A DNA stretch of 64,000 bases from Chrysomallon squamiferum (Eukaryota > Animalia > Mollusca). Made by a program: the position numbers and the translations under genes. Below, one piece after another: positions 49,927 through 64,000 of the stretch. The first letter of the stretch is position 1. Each line of letters starts with the position of its first letter. The notes under the pieces are model-generated. The model made no database searches and had not been told where the DNA came from. It saw only the letters and a list, made by a program, of their open reading frames with translations. The stretch lies in assembly GCA_012295275.1 (NCBI GenBank), contig CM022678.1, positions 3,968,001 through 4,032,000 on the forward strand, written 5' to 3'.

Positions 49927-51155
49927 ATGCTGGAACTTGATGTAGATGATCCACTTGAAGAAACAACAACACGAAGGAAACATACTGCAAATCGGAAACT
50001 GTTTATTATAGTCATTGTTTGCATTAATGTAGTTGTTCTTGGCATTGTTGCTGTAATTCTTGCTGTTGTTTTGAAAGGTAAGCATATTTTTACAGACACA
50101 TACATGTAAAGTTTAATAAAATAGTTAGTTGGACACAGAATAAAATTTTCTGAAATTGAGGGAAAAAACCCAGAAAAGTCCTGAAACTATGAATGAGGCC
50201 TAGATTGATTAGTTAGAGCTATCATATCTTTTTTAGAAACTTCATTTTGAAACCTGTATTTCAAAATGTACACACATTATAAGAAATAAACACACTTCTG
50301 TTGCATGTATAAATTAAACTGCTAATAAATTATTTAATTTAAGCTCATTATATACAAAAACATACAAACACATAAACAACACACACATGCATGAATTACA
50401 TATATATTCATGTGTATATATATATATATATACAAACAGACATAAGCTATACAGATACTCATACTTGTGCTAATGAGAAAATAATTTTTGAAAAATAAAG
50501 TCTTCAAAAAAAAAAAAAAAAAAAACAGTAATATTCTCTACTTATTTTTCAGATGAAGCAAACAATTCTGTATCAGAATCAGACAAGACACTTGAACCAG
50601 GACCAACAACATCATCATCATCACCTACCACATCATACATTTTATTTTCCACCACTGACAGCATCATCATTTCACCAACTCCTACTACACAGACATTAAT
50701 CTACACATCATCCCTGGAATCTACTGGCTGGAAAGATCTGTCTACTCTTGAGACTGTTAGCATAGAATCTTCGATGCCTGAATTTACACAGAGTGTCTCT
50801 TTAAAAGAAGATATTTCTGTGACTACAGTCAGTTTAGAAATCTCTTCAACTGTTCAGTCTACTGTTTCTACAACACCAGTAACACTTCCAGGTTAGTCTC
50901 TGGTTTTGAAAAAAAAAAATATATATAAAAAAAATATGTACAAGAATTAAAAATGTAGAAGACAGATATTGCTTTTTTTTTTTGTTGTTGTTGTCTTAAT
51001 GTGTCGGATATTTGAAAAAAATTATTTTGTTTATTTGAGTGTATGTTTATATTTGTATGTGTGTCTCATAAATATTTCCTTTTATATGTGTGTTTGTATG
51101 TATGTGCATCTGTAGTGTTTTTCTGTATACGTCTGTGTGTATGTGTGTGTGTGTA

Positions 51156-51207
<52 letters not shown>

Positions 51208-52237
51208 TCATTGTCTGTGTGTGTGATAGTGTATGTACTCAAGTTCATTTTAGAATGACATAGTTGTACTCTTAAAACAGGTGGTTGCTTTATAAAGTCA
51301 GTTTACAGCATATATGATTAAATAGAAGTATGTTCTCTAAACAAAGGTGGTTTTTTATAGCAGGTTTCACTATGGTTGTTATCTACAGTTATTCAAATTA
51401 ATGAGTTTTATTTTATCATTGTAATATATTTATTCTGTTTTTATTACATCTTTTATGTATATGAATTAATAAACAGCTATTTAATAAAATAAATGTTAGC
51501 AGGGTTTTTTTTTTTTTTTTACAGACTGCAAATTGAAGGAATTTCAATGTGAGGGTGGGGAATGCATCCCAGAAAATCAAGTTTGTGATCATGTGACACA
51601 ATGCCAGGACAAGTCTGATGAGAAATTTTGTACTAGTGAGTTAATTAATTAATTAATTAATTTATTGATTGATTGATTGATTTTTATTTAATTTTTATTT
51701 ATTATATCATTTTGTTATTATTAATTTTATTATATTTTTCTTCTTACTTCTGTTTCTTAATTTTACTGTTGTTGTTATATATTTTTTTTTTTTTTGTACT
51801 GGTTTATTTTTTTTTTTAGAGATAACATTACTGTTTAAAAATTAATTATAAAAAATAATGATAAAAGATTTGAGATTTTTATAAAATTTAAAATAGAATT
51901 TTATTCTTCAGAATTTCATTTCTTTTTTTGTTTTAGCAATCTATATTATTTTTTCCATATTAGAAATTAATTTTTGTAATGATTATCATAATTATTATTA
52001 AAATAATGTAATTATATCATCATCATCATTATTATTATTATTGGGTTGAAACACAAATTGTTAGCATTATTTCGGTACATGCCATTTCAGCATATGATTT
52101 TATATCATAGACTGATACAAGTTACATATTCATAAAATTGTACAAAATGGCACAATAACATTGAATAAATCTGTGTACAAATAAATAAATATTAGCTTTG
52201 AATTTCACTTAAAAAGTGCTATGCATGTTTGTTCCAA

Positions 52238-52299
<62 letters not shown>

Positions 52300-53368
52300 T
52301 TGTTATTACTATTATATTTTTAACACTATTAAAAAAAAAAAAAAAAAAAAAGAAAATGTTTTAATTATGGATCCATATTGATTTTCCTTAACATTATCAA
52401 TAAATAAAAATAAAATAATAAAATGTATTTTACTTTATCTCAAAGACTGTACAGGTTTTCAGTGCAGGTCTGGGGTGTGTCTGTGGGGCAATTTACAATG
52501 GAGATGTGATGGCATCTTTCACTGTTCTGATCTTAGTGACGAAATAAACTGTTGTAAGTGTTTCTCTTCAGCTTGTTATTTTGTTATTATACTTTATTAT
52601 TAGAAAAGGCTGGATGCGTGAATACATAAACAATTACAGGTGTAAATTATAAACATTTCTTTTCAGAGTTTTTATCTTCATTTAGAACTATTTTGAAACT
52701 GTTATTATACTTTATTTTTAGAAAAGATTGGATGGCTGCTATATATGAAATATGATAACAATGTCTGAGTGTATGTTAGAAATATTTCTTCTCAGGGTTT
52801 TTCTTTACATAGTTGATGAGAACTGTCATAAGCATTTTATTTATTTTATTATACTTTTGTGTTATAAGCTATCGGTTATGTACATTTATACAGAGACAAA
52901 CACACTCACATACTATATATATATATATATACAAAGTATGAATTACAAACATTTCTTTTCATTCTTTATTTTCTGTTACCATTATTTAATTGATAATGTA
53001 ACTATTTAATGTTTTTAATTTATTTCTATTTTATTTATTTATTCTCTTCAAGCACTGAGACCAGGCTACTGTTACTGTTCAAATGGAATTCAGATTCCTA
53101 GATTAAACTGGTGTGATGGTGTTGATAACTGTTTTGATAATTCTGACGAAATAGCTTGCCGTACGTTTTTATTATATATTTCCAATTATTAATAATAATA
53201 ATAAATTGGTTAATGAAATAGAAATTACAATTTGTCACATAGTTAATGATATAGAAATACAGTTCAACTTCATATTTAGCGAAACAGATATTACATTTTA
53301 TTTATTCCTTAAAAATGAACAGTAAAACAAAATGTTCAGTTTTCTTTATTTGTTTGATGGCATGCTTG

Positions 53369-53452
<84 letters not shown>

Positions 53453-54804
53453 ATATGAGCCATTAAATATACTGATCGGTGAGAGGAAAGAGATATAGAT
53501 ACACAGATAGATAGATAGATACAGAGAGAGAGAGAGTTAGAATTTACTGTCAGTTTAAAGATTATTTAATTTTTTTGCAGCTTGTGTAAATGGTCGGTAT
53601 GCCTGTCCTGATGGAAGCTGTATTCTCAGAGACTGGCTGTGTGATGGACATTCAGACTGTCAGAACGGAACAGATGAAAAAAACTGCAGTAAGAAGATTT
53701 ATAAAAATAAAACACACACACACACATATATATATATGCATTCATAAAATCCTACAGAAAATCAAATGTAAATAAACACATAAAAATATATGTTTATATA
53801 CTCATATAAATATTCACACACATACACACACACAAATATTTACATACACATTCATAAATACACACAGAAAATCAAACAGATGTACGTAAATAAACACGTA
53901 AAAATATTTGTTTACACACTCATATATTCATACAAATGTTCACACACTCACACACACACACAGAACACACATATTGCAAACATTATTGCACGAATAAGAA
54001 CAAATAAATATGAGTTCTTATTTCATACTTTAATAAACTGATATTTTAGTTTGTTGTTTTAGTGTTTTCTGTATTTTATTTTATTTTATTTCATTCATTC
54101 ATTTATTCATTCACTTATTTATTTATTTATTCACTTACTTATTTATTTAATTATTTAATTGATCTGATTGTGTATATTTGAAAGCTTTCTTGAAGCAACA
54201 ACAACAAAACACACCTTTGCCAGTTCTCCCAAGATAAAACTTATATGAAAAGAATAAATAAAACTAAATACTTATTCAGAGAATGTTATCCATACAACTC
54301 ATGCTATTTTACAGATTCCTGCAGTTCTGATCAGTTTGTCTGTTCAGATTTCACCTGTCTTAATGAATCTCAGGTGTGTGATGGTAACTACACCTGTTCA
54401 GGTAAAGAAGATGAAGCCAACTGCTGTAAGTACCTGTAATTTATGAGTTACCTGTGAATGATACCTGCATAACAATAAGTCATGTGGTTTTAGAACAAGT
54501 ATTAAAATTTTAGTAATGATTTTTGTTTTACGTTTAGATGGATATATGAATGTCTTATCTATTGATATATAAATAAAAAATAACAAAAAAATTTATCTAA
54601 TTAAAGATATCTTAAAACAAAATAAATAAAAAACAAAAAAAACAAAACAAATAAAAAAAATAAAACAAAAAAATTTTTTACACAGATTTATTCATTCATT
54701 TTCAAATGGTAAAAAAAATCACATTTGAAATGGTAATACTTTCTCAATTTTGCTAATCTTTGCAACAAATGAAAATATAATTACATTATCTTTGCAACAA
54801 CAAA

Positions 54805-54843
<39 letters not shown>

Positions 54844-55214
54844 CGTAAATATTATGATCACAATGACAATAACAGTTTAAATAAACAAATAAATAAAACA
54901 TTTGTTCAGTATTATTCCAGCATGTACATTTTTATTTTTTCAGTTGAGCTGTCCAAGGACACACTTGGTGGACGTCTGCTAATTAAATACAAGAACAAAA
55001 CATTTCCTGTTTGTGCTGACCACTGGTCATTTTCACACAGCCAGTTTGTGTGTGACCAGCATGACTTGTAAGTTTATATTTCAAATACTACTACTAATAA
55101 TAATAGCAGCAACAACAACAACAATACAAATTAGTGTGAATAACTAACAGTTATAATAATTATAATAATAATGATGACAATAATAATAATAATGACCTAG
55201 TAGTATTAGTAGTA

Positions 55215-55249
<35 letters not shown>

Positions 55250-58200
55250 TAATAATAAAAAGAAGAAGAAGACTAAAAAGAAAAGGAAAATAATAATGTT
55301 AGTAATAAATAAAATACTACAATAAAGAAGAAAAACAATAATAATAAAAAATATAATGACAACAAAATGTCACCACCACAACAGCAACAACAACAATAAC
55401 AGTAATAAAGAAACAAAACAACCCAAAACATAATACATAAATAGAACTTAAACAGCGATTTTTAAAGGAAGTAAATTTTCTTTAATTAAATTCCTCCACA
55501 GAAGCCTGAGATCCGATTCTTTTATTATTTCCACTGACAACATATCTGAAGTCTTTGCTTTGAAAAATGGTGACAGATTCACACCAGATGTGAAACCTGT
55601 GCTTCAGCATTTTCATAAAATGTAAGTGAATTTCATTAACATTTCATTTACATGTTGAAAATTATCTCAAAAACTACAGATTTGATTAAAAGTGGCTTTT
55701 TTATTTTTTATTTTTTATTATTATTATTTTTTTTTTTTTTGGCATAGATTTTGGTTTTATTTTCATTTAGAAATGCTAGGTACCAAAGGAATGATTTTTA
55801 TGATTTCTAAATGATTATTTAGCTGCCTAAATGATTGTGTTCCTTCTTGGATAATTATATTAATTTCCTGAATGATTTTACTGTGAACACTGTTAACATT
55901 ATGAATGATTGTACTAATTTTCTGAATGATTATTTTACATAAAAAAGATTACTGTATTAACCTTCTGGTTAATAGTGTTAACTTCAGCAATCATTGTCTG
56001 AACGTGTTTTAATATTTACATTAAAATTTATAAGTGGATCAGTCTTTTAAGTTCATTTGTACATGCATGGTTATACGAGTTATCTTTCCTTATTTATTGT
56101 CTTTCCTTGTTAGCTGTTATTACTAATTTTTTGTTTAATTTTGTCTTGCATCAAAGTATGTAGTTATTTGGGGTGAGTTTCTTATTTATTTATTTATTTA
56201 TTTATTTATTTTTTTTATTTTAATTTTGAACTGGATCGTTTAATAGATTATTTTTAATCTTTGCTAATACACAGTGTGTGTGTGTGTGTGTGTATGTGTA
56301 TTTCAAGGGTTTGTTTATGGGCATACACACAGAACACACACACACACACACACACTCACACACACACATACACACACACCTTCTATGGCATGATAGTGTG
56401 TATGTTTATTTATATGTGCACACATTTGCCCTACCATTGTTATATTCCAGAATCTCCAGTTTCTTCTTTTTTTTTGGTTTCAATTTGTTTCAGTTTGCTT
56501 ATTTTTTTGGTTTCATTTTGTTTCAGTTTGCTTATTGTTTTGGTTTCATTTTGTTTCAGTTTGCTTATTGTTTTGGTTTCATTTTGTTTCAGTTTGCTTA
56601 TTTTTGTTTGTTTGTTTTTAATTTGCTCTGTATTCTGTGTTTTGTTTTTGTTTATTTTTGCATGCAGGACAACTTGCCCCTCTCAACGTCTTGTTTATGT
56701 TTCATGCAAACACCAAGGTTAGAAATGTTTGTTTTCTACTAACAAACTTACATACTAACCAGCCTGTCATTATGTAGAATTAGAAATCCATTATTATTTT
56801 TTTTTTTTTTTAAAAAAATGTCATATACATGATATGTATATATGTACTTAATATCTTGGAATTAAGAAGTTAATATAAAATCTGGTTTATTTAGTTATAT
56901 ATTTATTAAATTTTATTTTATTTAAAAAAAAAAAAAAATCCTAAAACTGAAAAACATGATGAATAAAAGACATCATCATCATAATTATCATCATCAACAT
57001 TAATTTAACCATCATCATTATAATTATCATCATCAACATTAATTTAACCATCATCATTATAATTATCATCATCAACTGTTTTAATAATCATCATTTCATC
57101 ATCATCATCAATATAATCAATACCACTTCCATTATCAACATAACTATCATGGCCATATTTATCATTTCACCAGCACCATCATCATTATCATTATCATTAC
57201 AATCATTATTATTGTTATCATTATCATTATCATTACCAAACATCATTATCATTGTTATAATTATCACTTTTACCACTATTGTCATCATCATGCTCTCTAG
57301 CATTATTATAACAATATTATTCAATTTCTTTTTATAATCAAAATACTTTTGAAGAAAATCACAAAAAAAATGGCATCATCATCATCTTCACCATCATTGT
57401 CATCACAATACTAATGCCATCATCATCATCATCATTTCACCACCTTATTATCCTCATTATTATAACAATCACACCATAATCATCATCATCATCATCATCA
57501 TCATTACCATTATCATCAGCTTTATTATCATTATAGTGTTAAATTTCTTTTTTATATTAAAAAAAAAAAAATACTGTAATTCAGAATGTGGTGAAAGAAA
57601 GGCCAGTGTTCTGACTCCATTCATTGCTGGGGGTAACATGGTCAGTAGTGGACAGTGGCCTTGGGTAGCTGCAGTGACCTATCTTGGAAAGTACCAGTGT
57701 ACTGGAACTGTTATCGGTCAGCGATGGATAATAACTGCAGGACACTGTGTTGCTAGGTAACCATTGTTTGAAAATATTTAGTAGTGTTGATTTAATGATG
57801 TATTTTGTCTAAAATTTACATGATATGTCAGTATTTATTATAATTTTTAATTTTTAATTTTTAATTTTAGTTCAAAAGTATTTTCAGTTACTGATTTAAA
57901 GATGTATTCCTTATAATATTTTTTTTAATTAACTGATGATTCAAGAGTGTTTTCATTTGTTTAAAAATGATATCATTCATTTAAGTTATACAATAATATT
58001 TGTTACATTTATTAATTAATTGCTTTAGAATGGAACAGAAAAACACATACCAAAAACAAAATAATAATAATAGTAATAATAATGAAGAAAAACATAATTA
58101 TTATTTATTTTCAAAATATATGATGTACACATTTTCAAAATAATTAAATGGTGTAGATTCAATTTTGACTGGTTTGTCTTAAAAACTTACATATATTGTT

Positions 58201-60061
58201 TATATACAATGTGCTTTAATATAAATTGTTAATAAAGTCATTAATATGTTTTTAATTCATTAATTATCACATTTTGTTCTAATCTGCCAATAAATATTCA
58301 TTCATTCATCCATTCATTCAGTTGATCAATCATTCAGTTATTGTTATTTTTCTTCACTTCAATTTCAAAAACGTAAAAATATGTTTTCTTTTTTTACAGA
58401 ACAGGCATCTACAACTACACCAACACCCCTATTACTTCAACATCATCCTCGGCAGCACCAGCATCAATGACAAGGATTCAAAAACAAAGCAACAGCTACG
58501 AGTATCGAAAATTATTACGCATCCAGACATGAAACTGAAAAAATCTGGAATCACTGACTGGGACATTGCGTTGTTGCAGACAGCCGACAGCATCAACTAC
58601 ACTGACTACGTACAGCCTATCTGTTTGCCACACAGCGAAGAGACATCATTGACATCGTTTCTCTGTTTTGTTGCTGGGTGGGGAAGGTTGAATAATCAGC
58701 AGTGTAGGTTTTGTTTTGTTTTTGTGTAAAATGAATACTTTTTATTTATATTTTATTTATTTTTTTATTTTTTATTATTATTATTTTTTTTTGTTTTTTT
58801 GAATTTGTTATGGTTTGTTTTCATTTTGTTTCGTTTCAGGATATTCAAAAAAAAAAAAAAAAAATTTATTTTATTTTGTTTCTTTGAATTGAAATAAATT
58901 TCATTTAAACTTTAATTTAATTTAATTTAATTTGATTTGATTTAATATAAGAAAAAATATTTTTGCTTTTGTTTCATGCATTATTATTATATTTTTTATT
59001 TTTATTTATTTTTATTTTTTTAGCTAGCGTAAATTATTCTTATATATGTTTATATTTATATTTTTATTGATGATATAAAAATAAATTTATTATTAATATT
59101 ATATTACGTTACATTTTCATTACAATAGATTACATTAGATTACATTACATCACATAATGTTATAATACTGACACATTTTTTTATTGTGTTATATTACAAT
59201 TGTATTGTGTTTTGAACACAGACGTTATGACAGGTGATTTATTTATATTATATTATATTATATTATATTACGTTACATTATATTACATAATGTTAAAATA
59301 CTGACATGTTTGTTGTATTGTATTATAATTGTATTGTATTTTGAACACAGATGTTGTGACAGGTGATTATATTATATTACGTTACATTATATTACATAAT
59401 GTTAAAATACTGACATGTTTGTTGTATTGTATTGTATTGTATTATATTACAATTGTATTGTATTTTGAACACAGATGTTGTGACAGGTGACTTACGAGAT
59501 GCTAAGATGAGGATCTGGCCTGATTCTCAGTGTTCTACGAATGTTGTGGCCGGGGAAGCCGATGTGAACACAAACTCGACTTTGTGTGCTGGATATCTCA
59601 CAGGAGTACCTACAGCATGTCAGGTGATTGTCTGTGTGTGTGTGTGTGTCTGTGTGTGTCTGTGTGTGTGTGTGTGTGTGTCTGTGTGTTACTGTGTGTG
59701 GCTGTGTGTGTGTCTGTGTCTGTGTGTGTGTCTGTGTCTGTGTATGTGTGTGCATTGTTATAAAGATAATATTGACGGTGATATTGTTGAAGACTCTGAC
59801 TGGTTTTTATTGATCGTTATAGTGATCATCATCAATATAATATTAATAATAAAAATAAGAAGAAGAAGAAGAAAAAAATTATTATTATTAGTAGTAGTAT
59901 TATTAGTATTATTAGCATTATTATTATTGATTTTACTATTGTTATTGTTATTGTTATTATTATTATTATATTAAATTTATCATTATTATTATTATTATTA
60001 TTATTGCTATTATTGTTATTATTTTTATTATTATCGTTATTAATATTATTACTATTTTTAT

Positions 60062-60093
<32 letters not shown>

Positions 60094-60117
60094 ATACTAC
60101 TATTACTGTTATTATTA

Positions 60118-60154
<37 letters not shown>

Positions 60155-60333
60155 AGGGTGACTCTGGGGGACCACTGATGTGTCAGAGGAAAGCTGGGGG
60201 GCGCTGGTATTTGATGGGCGTGGTAAACAGCGGGAGTAACGAATGTGGGCAGTGGCTGCCAGGACTGAGAGCAAACCGATTTACCAGAGTTGCCAAAGTA
60301 GTTGACTGGATCCAAAAAGTCATTTCAGACTGA
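49927..60333 (+). CDS. Type II transmembrane serine protease (TM, mucin stalk, 5x LDLa, SRCR-like, trypsin-fold domain; corin/enteropeptidase/TMPRSS-like), about 708 aa
   Basis: Exons 49927-50077, 50553-50891, 51525-51635, 52446-52553, 53053-53160, 53581-53688, 54315-54425, 54944-55067, 55502-55621, 56668-56717, 57585-57756, 58405(or 58400)-58703, 59475-59623, 60157-60333. [27 protein letters not shown]; five phase-1 LDLa exons (CD...C...DE..C); SRCR-like VCADHW; catalytic triad TAGHC, DWDIALL, GDSGGP. Confidence 0.93.
51270..51372. mobile_element. Possible degenerate MITE end (aggtggt..ttata..aggtttcact)
   Basis: Two aggtggtt..ttata blocks end in aggtttcacta, reminiscent of TA-MITE termini. 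No clear partner TIR. Confidence 0.3.
56475..56605. repeat. 33-bp tandem repeat (about 4 copies) upstream of a protease exon
   Basis: Unit ggtttcattttgtttcagtttgcttatt(g/t)tttt. Confidence 0.88.
56971..57075. repeat. 39-bp tandem repeat (about 2.7 copies) leading into ATC-rich low-complexity sequence
   Basis: Unit catcatcattataattatcatcatcaacattaatttaac. Confidence 0.85.
59100..59490. repeat. About 125-bp tandem triplication that includes the acceptor and first bases of protease exon 13
   Basis: cataatgtta..atactgaca....ttgtattgt.ttttgaacacaga(c/t)gtt(a/g)tgacaggtga ends at about 59237, 59366 and 59490. Confidence 0.92.
59878..60153. repeat. (TAT)n-rich low-complexity intron tract
   Basis: Direct reading; it produces the spurious poly-Leu/Ile ORFs. 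Confidence 0.9.
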
Positions 60334-60559
60334 ACCGTAACATTGATTCCCATACACTCATATGGATGGTTGGAGGTTCAATTCTCAAAGGTGGCTTTAT
60401 TGAATTTTTTATATTTTTTATATATATATGTTTTATTTTATTTTTTTTAAATATTATTTTTGTTATTTGTTATTATTATTTTTGTTGTTGTTAGTATTAT
60501 TATTACTATTTTTTTAATTATTATTTTTATTATTATTACTGTTATTATCATCATCATCG

Positions 60560-60591
<32 letters not shown>

Positions 60592-61550
60592 GCCATTACT
60601 TATTTAATATTATTTTCATTATTGTCATTATTGTTGTTGTTTGTATTATTATTACTATTTTTTATTATTATTATTATTTTTTTTTTTGTATTGCCTTTAT
60701 TTACTGATAAAAAGTGTTCATAGTATTAATATCAGATCTTGCCGTCTCATCTACTCAACTGCATTTAAAAGTCTTTATGTATTCCTCAATCTGCCAAATA
60801 TATATCTAATCATCTCTATTTAATCCTATGAAAAGAATTATACCATATATATATATATTTTTATAAATGTATACATGCTTTATTTATATGTTGTATTAAT
60901 TGTACAAAAATACCATATTTATTGGTTTATAAATTTCACACTGAATCTGAAATCAATATTTAATGTTGATAACTTATTCAAGAATAAGAAAACTGAACAC
61001 CTACTATTGCCTTTTTTATATCATCCAGTTTGATATAACCTACTTATTTTACCACAAACATTTATAAGAAAGAAATGTTTTTCATCTTTGTGTATGAAAA
61101 ATATTACAATATTTTAAAAAGCTATATCTCTCATTTTAATTTACATATTAATGGCTTAATGCTACATGTAAATTGGTGTATTCACTTTTAATTTATATAT
61201 TAATTCTGCAAAAGGTTGTGTCTTGAAGATCTTTATCAGGAACAAAAATATTACGGTTGTGATTTTAAGAGTTTTGTTCTTTTATAATTTATTTTATATT
61301 TTAAGATACTTGTATTAATAATAAAATCAAAATTTCATTCCTGTATTTTTATTACTTTTAGTGTGATACTTTTATCAGTATGTATTTAATGTCTGTTTAT
61401 ATAAATTAAATTTGTTTCAGTTTTCAAAGCAGTAACTGGATTGTGGCTTAGTGTGTTATATACTGTTGCTATACATATATATATATACATATATACAATG
61501 TATATAAGTAAATACGGTAATTTTGTAATTAAAAAAAAAAAAAAAAAAAA

Positions 61551-61614
<64 letters not shown>

Positions 61615-62116
61615 GTATTAATAATAGTATTAATAATAGTATTAATAATAATTATAGTAATAATAAAATAATAATTAAAATCATGGTGCTTCACTCACTG
61701 TTATGTGTCCAAACCAAACTGGTGCTAATATTTTTTTATATTATTTTTCTGTTTGTTGTATTAAAAGCATTTTACATCAAAATTATAGAAAATATTTGAA
61801 AATATTTATTTTTCTGTTAATTAGTTGGTTGTTACTAAACATCTTTTTGATATAGTTTTATAATTTTTGTATGTATAAATTGATATATTTTTATTGTTTT
61901 TTTAATGTTTTTGTCTGTGTATTTGATTATGAATGTTTTAATTCAGTTTGTATGTGTTTGTGTGTGTGTTTGTGTTTGTGTAAAAAAGTACAAATAAGCA
62001 TAATTACATTCTTAAAAAGACAATATTTTATTTGTTAAAAGATTTTTCATTTATAGGTTGTGAAACATATAAAACATTCCAACAACAATGTTTAAATTAT
62101 TCTAATGTAGCTGTTA

Positions 62117-62147
<31 letters not shown>

Positions 62148-62312
62148 TTACTTCATGGTTGTGACTTAAGTTCCCATCAGTGGTTGTGACTTTGGTTTTT
62201 AGAACTAAATGTGTTTTTTAAATGTTGTAAATTTGTGTGGTTTTTCTGTTTCTTGCATAATAATTACGTTTTCATATTATTTTATAACTCGGTTACCTTC
62301 TGTATACCTAAC

Positions 62313-62348
<36 letters not shown>

Positions 62349-62641
62349 TTTCATAACCCAGCATCATTTGGAATGTATCAATGACCAGTATGGTTTCAGT
62401 AAAGTATATTTGTGATTCTTGGTTTTGAATATATTTTTATAATCTGTATTGTATGACTTTTTTGTTTATAGTATTTCTTTTATAAAAGTTCAGTTAAAAT
62501 GAAACAAATTTTATTTCATATATTCAAAATGTTTAGACCATAACTCAATGGTTGATTCAGTTTTTTTGTTTCCGGTTTATTTTGTGTTTTTTAATTTTTA
62601 ATAAAATGTTTAAAAAGTTTTAAAAATAAAAATAAAAATAA

Positions 62642-62680
<39 letters not shown>

Positions 62681-62978
62681 GTTATTGTTATTATTGTTGT
62701 TATTATAATTATAATTATCTTTTTTATAATATTATCATTACTGTTACTATTGATATTATTATCTAAATACATATTCTGTAAATGTTGCTGTTGCTATCAT
62801 TACTCTCATACCCGATTATTATTATTAAGCCTGTTTTATATCCACATTTTGTTATGCTTTTTTTCTGTTATAAAAATATAATACATACATATACGTGTTT
62901 GTGTATTCATTTCAAATAGACGTTTATTATTATTGATAGAAATACCAAACATCATTGTTATTTCAATAATTATATTTG

Positions 62979-63037
<59 letters not shown>

Positions 63038-64000
63038 TCATATGTAACGTAAAAAATTATCATTTAGACGATTATTTTAATTCTGTGTAAAACTTCATTT
63101 AAACTATCACCTGCAAAATTCAGTTAATTATTCTGTAACACTCTGTTAAATTTAGATTTCTAGGATTTAGCTGTTAAATGAAGCTTGAAAGTCCAAATTC
63201 GTTGGGCTTATTATTATTATTGTTTGTATTTTAGTTTTGTTTATTTATTTACTTATTTATTTATTTAGTTATTCACATACTTCCTTCCTTACTCCCCATA
63301 ATTCGTTTGTTTTTCTAACACCATTATCAAACCTCCAAAGACACCAACACTGAATAAAAAAACCTAAATCACGAAAACATGTAACGTGCGAATACACGTC
63401 GACAGAAATACCATATTCTCCATTTCTTTTTTTTTTTTTTTTTTCAAGAATTATCCGGACCCATATATCTATTTTATTTTATTTCAAAAAGGAATATTGT
63501 TTATAAAACGGCTGCAATAAGGTATAATAAGCAAACAAACAAACAAACAAATAAATAAATAATAATGTTTTTATGTATGTTACGTAATACCAATATATTT
63601 TCTCTGTCCTCACAATTACCGTAAACAACCGCTCTACTTCACCCGACCTAAACCTCTTACCACATATATATATATAAAACATTGATAGGCAAACTGAACA
63701 CAGCATTAACCTCTTATGTAATGTGCTATAAACAGATTAAGTAAGGAAACATAAATCAGAGCAAGACACGTTCATATTGTAGTACAGGAATATGGAGGTT
63801 TGATGATTCATCATGTTGAAATGTATTTCTTTATTAAAATGGTTATGTTTCCTCTAAAATTAAATGCTTGTGCTGAATATGACGATGGAAGCAGAAACTA
63901 AACAAAGAGAAATGATCGAAGGAAGAGTGTTATGAATACTGGTATGTTATTTTTAATTAAACACATAGTTTGGTGTTATTACTAGTTCTTTGTCAAACGC

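Overview
AT-rich, microsatellite-dense animal genomic DNA with short GT-AG introns. The style suggests a mollusc, possibly a cephalopod, but this is inference only. Five protein-coding genes were reconstructed by hand. (1) The 5' ten coding exons of NDUFV1 (minus, 6500 to the window edge). (2) A mucin-like type I membrane protein with a C-terminal PDZ-type motif (plus, 16428-19065). (3) A CpG-rich single-coding-exon DUF229-like (alkaline-phosphatase-superfamily) membrane protein broken by three frameshifts (plus, 33128-35343). (4) DTWD1 (minus, 49112-46039). (5) Head-to-head with DTWD1, a type II transmembrane serine protease with a mucin stalk, 5 LDLa repeats, an SRCR-like domain and a non-tryptic protease domain (plus, 49927-60333). 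Also present are a Tigger/pogo-like MITE, two tRNA relics, local tandem duplications and many microsatellites. The most notable signals are a 53-nt inverted copy of a DTWD1 exon in its own downstream intron (a candidate ADAR editing-complementary sequence), tandem duplications of splice acceptors in two genes (one creating potential frame-preserving 12-nt micro-exons), a protease with a Phe activation site and remodelled S1 pocket, and several single-base frameshifts that may be consensus errors.
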